Source of the DNA: Eledone cirrhosa
Taxonomy: Eukaryota
Assembly: GCA_964016885.1 (NCBI GenBank)
Contig: OZ024740.1
Span: forward strand, 58,838,001 to 58,902,000
Direction: 5' to 3'
Length of the DNA stretch: 64,000 bases
In this document: in pieces, positions 53,400 to 63,590 of the stretch
How positions within the stretch are numbered: the first letter of the stretch is position 1
Layout of the letters: every line of letters begins with the position of its first letter
Notes under the pieces: generated by a model
What the model saw: the letters and a program-made list of their open reading frames with translations, nothing else
Told to the model about the DNA's origin: nothing
The model's database searches: none
Position numbers and translations under genes: made by a program

Positions 53400-53715
53400 T
53401 TATATACACATATACACAACACATACATACACACAGAAATAAATATCTATAAATAAAAAACGTGGGTATGTAAAGGGTAAGGTAGAAAGTAGGGGGGAAT
53501 AAGGAAAAATAAATAACATAGGAAAAAGTTTAAATATAAGGGGAGATAAGGGAGAAAAAGAATATAAGAGTACAGAAAGTGAGTTCATAATTAATTGTGT
53601 GTGTGCGTATGTAGGTGTGTGTACATATATCTATATTTCTGTGTGCGTATGTATGCATGTGTGTATATATGTGTGTATGTGTGTGTGTATGTACATGTGT
53701 ATATATGTATGATTA

Positions 53716-53764
<49 letters not shown>

Positions 53765-53865
53765 GTGTGTGTGTATGTATGGATATGTATATATATATAT
53801 ATATATGTGTATGTATGTATATGTATATATGTATATATATGTGTATGTGTATATATGTGTGTATG

Positions 53866-53940
<75 letters not shown>

Positions 53941-54109
53941 GTATATATGTGTGTATGTATATGTGTGTGTGTGTGTGTGTGTGTGCATGTGTGTTTATCT
54001 ACTTTTATACTTATTCTTTTTCCTTTCCTTCTTCCTTTTCCAGCCTCACTTTCATATAGATTATATTTTTGCTTTCTAATATCCACTGTCAATAAATACA
54101 CCAGGATTT

Positions 54110-54170
54110 TTTCCTTCTGATGATTGAAAGGAAATTTTGTTTGCTTTCAAGAAACCACTGGTAAATGAAA
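54110..54170 (+). ncRNA. Type I hammerhead ribozyme
   Basis: Inverted copy of 49968-50028; one mismatch in stem I; predicted cut after 54163. Confidence 0.82.
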
Positions 54171-54416
54171 TAATTATCTTATGTTGTTTATTACATAACT
54201 AATAAGCTCTCTAACCTACATAGAGCACTCTTTTTTCCTGGACCTTTCCGACGGAATTACTTCATTTATATATATATATATATATAAATGTAATCTGAGT
54301 TTTTCGAATATTAATAATAATATTCGATTCGTTTGCAATTATGCAAACAGTCTCTTTAAAACCATGTCTGTAGAATGACCCCATAATTCTTTATCTTATG
54401 TTGGCATGTAAATAGA

Positions 54417-54463
54417 ACTGCAGATACTAATGTTTCTGGATGATTACCCTTCATCAGTACAGT
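54417..54463 (-). ncRNA. Type I hammerhead-like fold, stem III damaged
   Basis: ACUGUA-CUGAUGA-AGGGUAAUCAUCCA-GAAA-CAUUAGUA-UC-UGCAGU. Confidence 0.6.
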
Positions 54464-54611
54464 ATACTGCCAACTGCCACAGCTAGTGAAAATATATGAT
54501 ATTTTCTAAAATATACAGTGACTGATCGGCCTGTTTTGCATATTAGCAGACTCTGCCTGATCAGTCAGATCTGCATATTAGCAGACTCACTGATCAGGCA
54601 GTCTGCTAATA

Positions 54612-54696
<85 letters not shown>

Positions 54697-54741
54697 ATGT
54701 CAGAACAAAGGAGAGGCACAAAACAAAGGAAAGAATCCCCA

Positions 54742-54784
54742 GTCACTGAAGAGGTCACAGAATGTGTGACAAAAGAACTTTGAC
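54742..54784 (+). ncRNA. Degenerate type I hammerhead-like fold (G12A)
   Basis: GUCA-CUGAAGAG-GUCACA-GAAUG-UGUGAC-AAAA-GAAC-UU-UGAC. Confidence 0.5.
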
Positions 54785-54904
54785 AATATATGAACAACCA
54801 TCCGGTTGTGGAACCAACCAGAAATTTATAAAATTTATAATAAATTGAAGTGAAAGTAACTGGTGTGTGTGTTTCTTATTGGCAACATGACCCTCCCAAA
54901 GTAT

Positions 54905-54907
<3 letters not shown>

Positions 54908-54935
<28 letters not shown>

Positions 54936-55082
54936 CTTATATATATATATATATAGAGATATATATATATATACTTCATCATCATCATCATTTTACGTCC
55001 GCTTTTCCATGCTATATATATACATATAAAAGTATATATATATATATATATACTTATATATATATATATATATATATATATA

Positions 55083-55121
<39 letters not shown>

Positions 55122-55132
55122 TTATATATATA

Positions 55133-55195
<63 letters not shown>

Positions 55196-55490
55196 TCATC
55201 ATCATCATCATCATTTCATTTTACGTCCGCTTTTTCCCTGCTTGCAAGGGTGGGACGGGAACTGATTCTGGCTTGGTTTCTACAGCTGGATGCCCTTCCT
55301 AACACCAACCTCATTTACAGTGAGTGCTGGGTGCTTTTTTGCCGTGGCACCTCCACGACCACTTTACAGTGGAATGATAGGGACTCCAGTCCCTATCATC
55401 TCATTTCTACAGCTGAGTAAACTGGAGCAATATGAAATAAAGTGTCTTGCTCAAGGAAACAACACACCACCCGGTATATATATATATATA

Positions 55491-55529
<39 letters not shown>

Positions 55530-55596
55530 TTATATATATATATATATACTTATATATATATATATATATACTTATATATATATATATATATATATA

Positions 55597-55647
<51 letters not shown>

Positions 55648-55744
55648 TTATATATATATATATATATATACTTATATATATATATATATACTTATATATA
55701 TATATATACTTATATATATATATATACTCATATATATATATATA
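54908..55744. repeat. Long interrupted (TA)n tracts with a headless family A SINE (-) at 55191-55474
   Basis: TA runs punctuated by TACT; SINE tail and CORE on the minus strand. Confidence 0.9.
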
Positions 55745-57110
55745 TGACTTGGGCTTTGGTGTTGATGTAGAGCAGTGATATCAGGTCCACTATCTTCTAG
55801 GGGATTCCATAGGCCTGTAAGATCTTCATCAGGCAGTGACGGTCCACAGAATCGAAGGCCTTCCTAAAGTCAATGAAAACCATGACCGCAGGAAGGCACT
55901 TTGCTTTAGCTCCCTCTAACATCCTCCTCAGCATCAGGATGTGACTGGTGGTTGATCTTCCCTCTCTGAAGCCGTTCTAGTTGTCCCTGAGCCTCTTCTC
56001 CATCTCAGGCTGGACCCTGTTAAGAATCATCTTGTTGAGGGTCTTTGCCACAAGTGATGTCAGTGAGATCCCCCCTGTAGTTGTTGGTGTTAGAGAGATC
56101 TCCCTTCTTTGGCACTGGGACGATGTTACTGATCCTCCACTGATTAGGGGCAACTCCTTTTTCCAGTGCCTGGTTACAGAACCCCAAGTCATTACACCTG
56201 ATGGGATGACAGAGTTCTTTGAGATACTGGCTGGAGTGCTCCAGGGAGATACATTGGCTCCCTACCTTTTTATCATCGTAGTGGACTATTGTATGCGCCT
56301 TGCACTGGAGAAACACCAGGACTCTGGCTTTACTGTAGCACCGGCTCAGAGCGGGAGAGTTAAGGCAAAAAAGATATCGGATGGTGAATTTGTCGACAAC
56401 ATAGTTTTGGTGACAAATACAGTGAAGGAGGCAGAGGATTTGATGCAGGGGGTTGAGACTGTGTTGATGAGTGTGGGGCTGAGAATGAATGAGACTGAAA
56501 CAAAATATCTGGTAGAGAATGTTGAGAAGCCAAAGGGGATAACTAATGTAGGCGGGAAGCCGCTAGAATTGGTTGAGGACTTCCTGTATTTGGGAGCAAA
56601 GATTGGGAATATGGAAGATGATGTGGTTGAGAGGAAGAGCAAGGCCAGGGCGGCGTGCCACAGCTTGAGATCGGACCTTCATAAAGACCTGAAAATCCGC
56701 CTCTTCATTGCTGTAGTGGAGTCTGTGCTGGTGTACGGGTCTGAGACTTGGACACTGACCGAGAAACTCACTCAGATGGTGAATGGGTGCTACACGAGAA
56801 CGCTGAGGATGGCTCTGAACATTAATCAGTATACACTGAGGATGAAAAACAGAGCTGTATGCAAGCCTCCCAAAAGTCAGCTCAAAAGTGACACAGAGGA
56901 GACTGAGGTTAGCTGGACATGTTCACCGACTTTCAGAGTTGACATTGCACTCAGTGCTCCTGTGGGAGCCCCTACATGGACACACTGGAAGAGGAAGACC
57001 AAAGTTAACGTATGTTGATGCCCTAAGGACAGACACTGGTCTGTTGGAGACGCAGGACATGGCAGCGATAATGAGGGACAGAGACCGCTGGAGAGAACTC
57101 GTCCAGTGAG
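55744..57110 (+). mobile_element. 5'-truncated RTE-group LINE with an inverted 5' segment (55744-56182 on -)
   Basis: - strand: QWRISNIVPVPKKGDL...NGFREGRST...FIDFRKAFDSV...YINTKAQV; + strand continues QVITPDG...GVLQGDTLAP...YGSETW...GRPKLTY. Confidence 0.92.
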
Positions 57111-57299
57111 TAAAATGAAGTTGCAGCTATGGCTAGTATCTCTCTAAAGAACAATACTCAGAAGCTTGCATAAGCACTCAATAAGATGATATCAATAAAT
57201 AGATAAGTTAAATCTCAGTATAATAAACATACGTTAAAGGTGTGACAAATTGAAAACTGCGGCTAGGTAAAGAATGCCACAAAAGCCACTACAACAAAA

Positions 57300-57830
57300 A
57301 TACAAACAGGTTAATATGAACCTGGACCTGGTCGATAGATATTATAAAATAACTTCGATTGGTTTCTGGGAATCCTAAATCAGCAATCCAAACTGCGCAA
57401 TATGCAAGTCAGTACTGTAACTTAAGATCGAACATGGATTCACTTTTTCAACTGGCATTTTGTTCTGTATACCAACAGCTCGGTATGTTGGCACTGGTCT
57501 TAATCACTATAGTATCAGCTATAACAGTGGGGTCATGTGTTCTTTCTCAAGGAAGGAGAAAGAATCACATCCGGGTTTTTGGAGACAAATTCAAAGTGTG
57601 AACAAATATATATATATACTTATAATATAATTGAATATATGAGAGGGATGAACACCGATACAAGTATGCATGTGTTCCAATTACAAATGACCAAGTTAGC
57701 TAGGTTGAAAAAATACTAATTCAAAACAATATGGTTTATTTTAATTATATTACACGGCTCGGAAAGATTCCCTTCTTTGAGCTTAATTGTAAAAGACTAT
57801 TTTGAGTTTCTAACTCAATCTATGATATAT
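57300..57830 (+). mobile_element. Possible heavily decayed PLE endonuclease-region remnant
   Basis: Broken frame SNPNCAICKS...GFTFSTG...RYVG resembles the CxxC/GIY-YIG region; very degenerate HHR-like trace at 57679-57721. Confidence 0.3.
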
Positions 57831-58397
57831 ACTTATATATTAATTTATTAATTCTTACTGTTCAATTATTGTATTGCTGCTACTAAATTTTCTTTTTTAA
57901 TTTTAAATTAGTAGAGCTGGTTTAAAGCTATAGCAGTGCAATAATAGTACTTTTAGCATATTAGTTGATCTGGGCATTTGTCAGACGATATAATGAATAA
58001 TTTTATGTATTAATTAAAATATTAATATATGTAATTTTGCCCTTAACATTAAATTTTAGTAGAGCTGTTTTATTTAGACCAAACATGCTCCTACTTCTAG
58101 CAATCGCTTTGGCCTGCCTGTATCCTTAAATTATAACATCTTCAGCATGTGCGTTCACATTCTGTTTTTGAATTTATGGGGATCAGTCTTTTCTAATCCG
58201 TTTATTAAGACATATCTCTACTGATGATGGGTTGGTTTGTCTTAATGGTGCCATTTATTTAATACTTGGCCCTATTTCTCTTTTACTTACTTTCCAATTT
58301 TCTTTGTCAATGTACATATATATTGAAATATATATAGTGTCTGCAGAAATATAACATTAAAGGAATTTCACCAATCCAGCCTCCTCTCATTTTATTC

Positions 58398-58446
<49 letters not shown>

Positions 58447-58563
58447 TGTGTATATAGTATATTTGGCAATACACTGTATTTAAAAACATTTTGAAAACCT
58501 TACGCTATTGTTTTAAAGTAGTGACTATGTCACTTACTTCTTTTTTCAACAAATAAAGGGAGA

Positions 58564-58611
58564 TAAGCTGACAGATCTCTGTTTCATACTGTTGGTATTC
58601 ATCAGAGCTTA
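58564..58611 (-). ncRNA. Type I hammerhead ribozyme
   Basis: Exact reverse complement of 58804-58851. Confidence 0.92.
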
Positions 58612-58803
58612 GCACTCTCCTTTGTCTGTTGAAAATTATAAATGTTGGATTCTTATAGAATTCCAGTAATAATCAGGAACTGATTATACAGAGCCGGTCC
58701 AGCAAAAATTGAAAATAGAATTGGTGCTCTGAAATAGCGATGTATATATGTATATACATCGCTAATCCAACATTTATAATATTCAACAGACAAAGACGAG
58801 TGC

Positions 58804-58851
58804 TAAGCTCTGATGAATACCAACAGTATGAAACAGAGATCTGTCAGCTTA
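58804..58851 (+). ncRNA. Type I hammerhead ribozyme
   Basis: UAAGCU-CUGAUGA-AUAC-CAACA-GUAU-GAAA-CAG-AGAU-CUG-UC-AGCUUA; all three stems Watson-Crick, GUC triplet, predicted cut after 58845. Confidence 0.93.
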
Positions 58852-58988
58852 TCTCCCTTTGTTTGTTGAAAAAAGAAGTAAGTGACATTGTCACTACTTT
58901 AAAACAATAGCGTAAGTCTTCAAAATGTTTTTAATTAAGCATATACTATATATACATTCATATATACATCGCTATTTCAGAGCACCAA

Positions 58989-59024
<36 letters not shown>

Positions 59025-59229
59025 ATTAAGAATCAATCTTTTACTATCTTTATGTAAATTCTTTCATTTACTGATCTTCTTATGTCATTGCACCTATATG
59101 TGTGTGTGTGTGAGGATAGATAAGGTTTTATTTATGTATATCAAGAATGAATGGTTAAACAAAATAACTGCTTACCAGAGAATTTGACTAAAAATTATCC
59201 TTTGATTCGTATAACATTAGTATCCAAGC

Positions 59230-59562
59230 GGGGGGATATGGTATACTTGTCCAGACAACAGCAGAGCTCCCATGACTTTTGGAAACACTTTTTCACGCTC
59301 AGAGTTGCTGAAGCATGGAACAAACTACCTACATCAGTTATTAGCTGTCGAGATACTGCATCCTTTAAAACCTCCATGCTTCCTGATATTCGCCAACACT
59401 ACACCTGATGTCCCTCCTCCATACACACGCATACATGACTCATACACTGTTCATTTTCCTGACATTTGTACATTATTCTATGTACTATACATGCACCTTT
59501 CATGAGTTGTAGTGCACCTGAGCACTGTAGACAATAATTTCATTATTATATTATTATTATTT
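59230..59562 (+). mobile_element. CR1-type LINE 3' end
   Basis: KHFFTLRVAEAWNKLPTSVI...SFK* followed by a UTR and (ATT)n tail. Confidence 0.8.
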
Positions 59563-59838
59563 ATATAATATAAGCAAGTATAGCACCAAGAAAAATATAG
59601 ACTTTGCTGAGAGGAGATAGTAATAATTTATTAGCTTTAACATATGTTTCTGTGCCTATTATAATAGTCTACATATGCTGACTACAATATATATTGTTCA
59701 ATCATATGCAATACTTAATCATTTATATATATATATATTGTTATACTTGGGGAGGGTCATATTTGTGTAATAATATTGCCAGAATTAAATATATATATAT
59801 ATGCATATATATGTATATATATATGAATATATATATAT

Positions 59839-59875
<37 letters not shown>

Positions 59876-60233
59876 ACGTTTAACGTCCGTGTTCCACGCT
59901 TGCATGGGTTTGGACGGGGGTAGTCCCACTTGAGGCAAGAGTGATTGTCTTGCTCGCATAGGACTGTCTGGCAGGTTTTCTACAGTTGGATGCCCTTCCT
60001 AACACCAACCACATTTACAGTGTGGGTCTGGGAGGTTTTTACCGTGTTGCCTACACGGCCACATTACAGCGTGGACTGTGTGTTTTTTTGTCGTGACACC
60101 TACACGATCTCATTTGTTTCGGCCTCGATGGCGCGGCACCAACATAACTTTACATAGAACGGGGTGGTGTGGATGGGGGGGGGGTGTATTTTGTTAGAGA
60201 TGCCTACTGGCTGGAGTAGGTTTTACTATATAT

Positions 60234-63200
60234 TTAGGTAAGGCGGGTCTTCTCTGTTACTGAGTACCGCCAAAGGTCTCGGTCCAGTGACATTGTCTTG
60301 GAGAGGTGTAAGTGTGTGATGTCGGAGTTTATCAGCTCGTCCCAGGTTTTTCTAGGTCTGCCTATTCCGTGACTACCGTCTATCTTTATTGCCCTGCACT
60401 TTGTTATACAGCTATCGACTTTCATGCGCATCACGTGTCCATACCAACGTAGCCTTCTCTCGAGTAAACAACATCTGATCCCTCTTATCTCTAATTTTTT
60501 CCTTAGTTCTTTTATGCTTTGCCGTTCACGTATATTACTGTTACACATCCAGCGGAGCATGCAAGCTTCGTTCCTCTCTAGTCTGCGTATATCCTCTGCA
60601 CACAATGCCCAGGTCTCACTGCCATGCAGCATTGCTGTTCGTATGCAGGCATCGTACGACCTGCCTTTCATTTTTAGTGAGAACCCTTTAGCAGCTAATA
60701 GTGGTATAAGCTCTCTGAACTTTTTCCAACCAGTTCTGACTCTAGCTACAGTACTTTCAGAGCACCCTCCCCCGCTGCTGATTTTATCGCCCAGGTAACG
60801 GAAGCTGTCCACTATTTCTATAGAACCCTCTGCGCAATTGAAAGAGCTAGTATTTTGTGGGCACTTGCTGCTACTTATTGTACCAGAGCACCGGCCACAT
60901 GTAAAATCTATGTTCTTAGTTAGCTTACCTGTGATCCCACTACATCTTTTATGCACCTATACTTTGCATTTAGGACATAAAATGGAGTTTCTACCTACGC
61001 CTTTCCTACACACCGAGCACGACCATTTCCCAGAAGGGACCGCCGCCTTGTTTTCTTTCCTACAAACTAGTACTTTGGTCTTAGCCAGGTTAATTTTAAG
61101 TCCTTTTGACTCTAGGCCGTGCTTCCATGTTTGGAATTTCTTCTCTAGCTCGGCCATTGATTCCGCTATGAGTGTCAGGTCGTCTGCGTATAGGAGTTCC
61201 CATGGGCAGCCTGTCTTGAACTCCTCTGTTATAGCCTGAAGGGCAATAATAAATAGTAGTGGGCTGAGAACAGAGCCCTGATGGACGCCAACTTTTACGC
61301 TAAACTCTTCACTATATTCGTTGTTAATTCTAACCTTGCTGACTGTTTCTTTATACATGGCTTGTATAGCCCTCACAAGCCATTCGTCAACGCCTAGTTT
61401 TCTAAGAGCCCACCAGATAATGGAGCGGGGGACTCTGTCGAAGGCTTTCTCCAAGTCGACAAAAGCTAAGTAGAGGGGTTTACCTTTAGCTAGGTACTTC
61501 TCCTGTAGTTGTCGTACTATGAAAAGAGCGTCTGTGGTACTTTTGCCTGACACAAACCCGAACTGCATTTCATCTAGGTCAATTCTCTCTCTGATTAGTT
61601 GCGCTATTACTTTTTCCGTGACCTTCATGACCTGGTCGATTAATTTAATGCCTCTATAGTTACTCCTATCTAGGGCGTCTCCTTTACCCTTATAACAGTT
61701 AACGATGATGCTGCTATGCCAGTCCTTCGGAACAACCCCATTCTGTACGACTTGGTTAACTATGCGGGTGACCATGGTGTGTCCCACCGTGCCAGATGCC
61801 TTCAGCATCTCAGCAACTATTTCCGAAGGCCCAGCCGCCTTACCCGTCTTCATATCCTTGATTGCCTTACTTATTATACTCCCCTCGACTAACACTGCTG
61901 GTCCCTCTATTGGGTCGATATGGGGGAGACTGTCTTTCTCCCATTTATTCTCCTCATTTAGTAGCCTTTCATAGTGACACTTCCAAGTTACCTTCTTATC
62001 AGCGTCAGTGATGGCAAGTGTGCCATCGTCGTTTAGTACACACTTCTCCCCGACAATATCACGGTTTTCCTTGACGCATTGCCTAGCAATCCTGAACACC
62101 TCACGTTTTTGGTCATCGCGTTGTAGAACATGCTTGAACTTTCTTTCCTCAGCTTCCCTTCTTGCTAAGTACACTTGTCTCCTAGCTTCCCTCCTGGCCA
62201 CTTGATAGTCTTCTCTACTTCCCCCATCCCGCCATACTTTCCAAGCCTGCTTTTTGGCCTTAATTGACCCCTCCACCTTACTGTTCCACCACCATGTTAC
62301 TCTCCTCCTGCCTACAGGCCTGCTCCAGCCACAGACTTCGTCTGTCGCCAACAGCAGGTTTGCTTTCAGAAATTCCCACTCTCCCTCTATATTGTCCGAC
62401 TCTAAATGTTCTTCCTTACTGTCGAAAGCATCAAGTAATATGCTTTGAAATTTATTCCTGGCTGTGGGGTCCTTTAGCTTCCATATTTTTCTCCTGAGGA
62501 TAGTTCTCTTCTGCTGTCGGGTACGTCTCGTCCTGACTATGAGGTCGCTAATTATCAGTCTATGTTGGGAGGTGCATTCTTCATGGGGGAGGGATTTAGT
62601 GTTTACAACAGACACTCTGTCACGTCTTCTGGTAAGAATATAATCTACCTGGCTTGTGTGTTCCCCGGATCTATAGGTGATCAGGTGATTGTCACGTTTT
62701 TTGAAGTTAGTGTTACAGATAGTTAGGTTATTTGCATCACAGAATTCCAGGATTCTGGAGCCTTCCTCATTTCTAGTACCAAACCCATAGCCTCCATGGA
62801 TTTCGTCGTAGCCGTCACAATGTTGTCCAACGTGACCATTTAGGTCGCCTGCGATAATTATATAGTCCCTGTCGGATATTTGGGAGGTAGTTAGCATCAG
62901 TGTCTCATAGAATCTGTCTTTTATAGTGCCGGGCAGTCCGGATTGGGGTGCATACGCAGATATTACTGTCACCGTAGTTCTATTGAGGACAAGTCGTATT
63001 TTAATTATTCTGTCGTTCACTCTATTTACGTCTATTATCTTATCTGCCCACTTTTCTGCTACCATGATTCCTACTCCACCCAGCCCATCGTCGTTTCCCA
63101 CCCAGAAAAGCTTATAACATCGTTTTTTACCCTCAATGAACCTAGCAGACCCACCCCTCCACCTGGTCTCTTGAATACAACAAACATCGACCTCCTTACG

Positions 63201-63290
63201 TTCAAGCATTTCTACAATCTCGTTAGTGCGACCCTTTAGGGTGCCTACATTTATGGTACCAACTCTGAAGTTTTGGATTGCGTTTGGGGG
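60234..63290 (-). pseudogene. RTE APE-RT polyprotein frame (about 1000 codons) with a single in-frame TAG at 60957-60959
   Basis: ORFs 60957-63209 and 60234-60956 abut in frame; the stop replaces the Trp of KC..WVHKRC (compare CRSWVHKRC at 38.7 kb). Confidence 0.93.
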
Positions 63291-63496
63291 TTAGGGGCGA
63301 TGGGGTTATGTTAGCCGTCCGCGGTCGAAACAATGAGTGCTCGCATTCTCGTCCAAGAGGTGAATTTGTCTTTATCTTTGGCATTGTCGCTTGAGCGTCC
63401 AGATTTTTCTCTCTCTCTCCTCCACTCTCCAGGATTCCGCAGTCCATCCATCCATCATATATCGAAAGGCAACCAGGCAAGCGATAGTATAGGCCT

Positions 63497-63590
63497 CTGG
63501 CTTCTGATTGGTCCGCGTAATAATACTGGTGATGCGTGGGGGCTCTGTTTTATGATTGGTCCACGTAATAGCAATGGTGGTGCGTGGGGG
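63497..63590 (-). promoter_or_regulatory. 48-bp tandem duplication with a CCAAT box in each unit, upstream of the RTE ORF
   Basis: TGATTGGTCC(G/A)CGTAATA...TGCGTGGGGG at 63505 and 63553; reads GGACCAATCA on the LINE sense strand. Confidence 0.4.

Larger units (their letters stand above)
49619..54376. mobile_element. Large foldback HHR-bearing element with nested insertions
   Basis: 49936-50345 is inverted at about 53760-54203 and 49619-49715 at 54280-54376; inversion centre near 53592. Confidence 0.85.
58441..58993. mobile_element. Foldback, circularly permuted HHR element of about 305 nt (retrozyme/PLE-like)
   Basis: 58441-58651 is inverted at 58764-58962; 58716-58748 is inverted at 58961-58993; flanked by (TA)n on both sides. 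Confidence 0.9.

Noticed and set aside
55981-57018. 345-aa ORF as an intact gene
   Set aside because: Its first 67 or so codons are the antisense of the inverted LINE segment, and the catalytic YADD reads FVDN
58205-58243. CTGATGA within a TTAAGACA/TGTCTTAA hairpin
   Set aside because: No GAAA or stem II; cannot form a hammerhead as it stands
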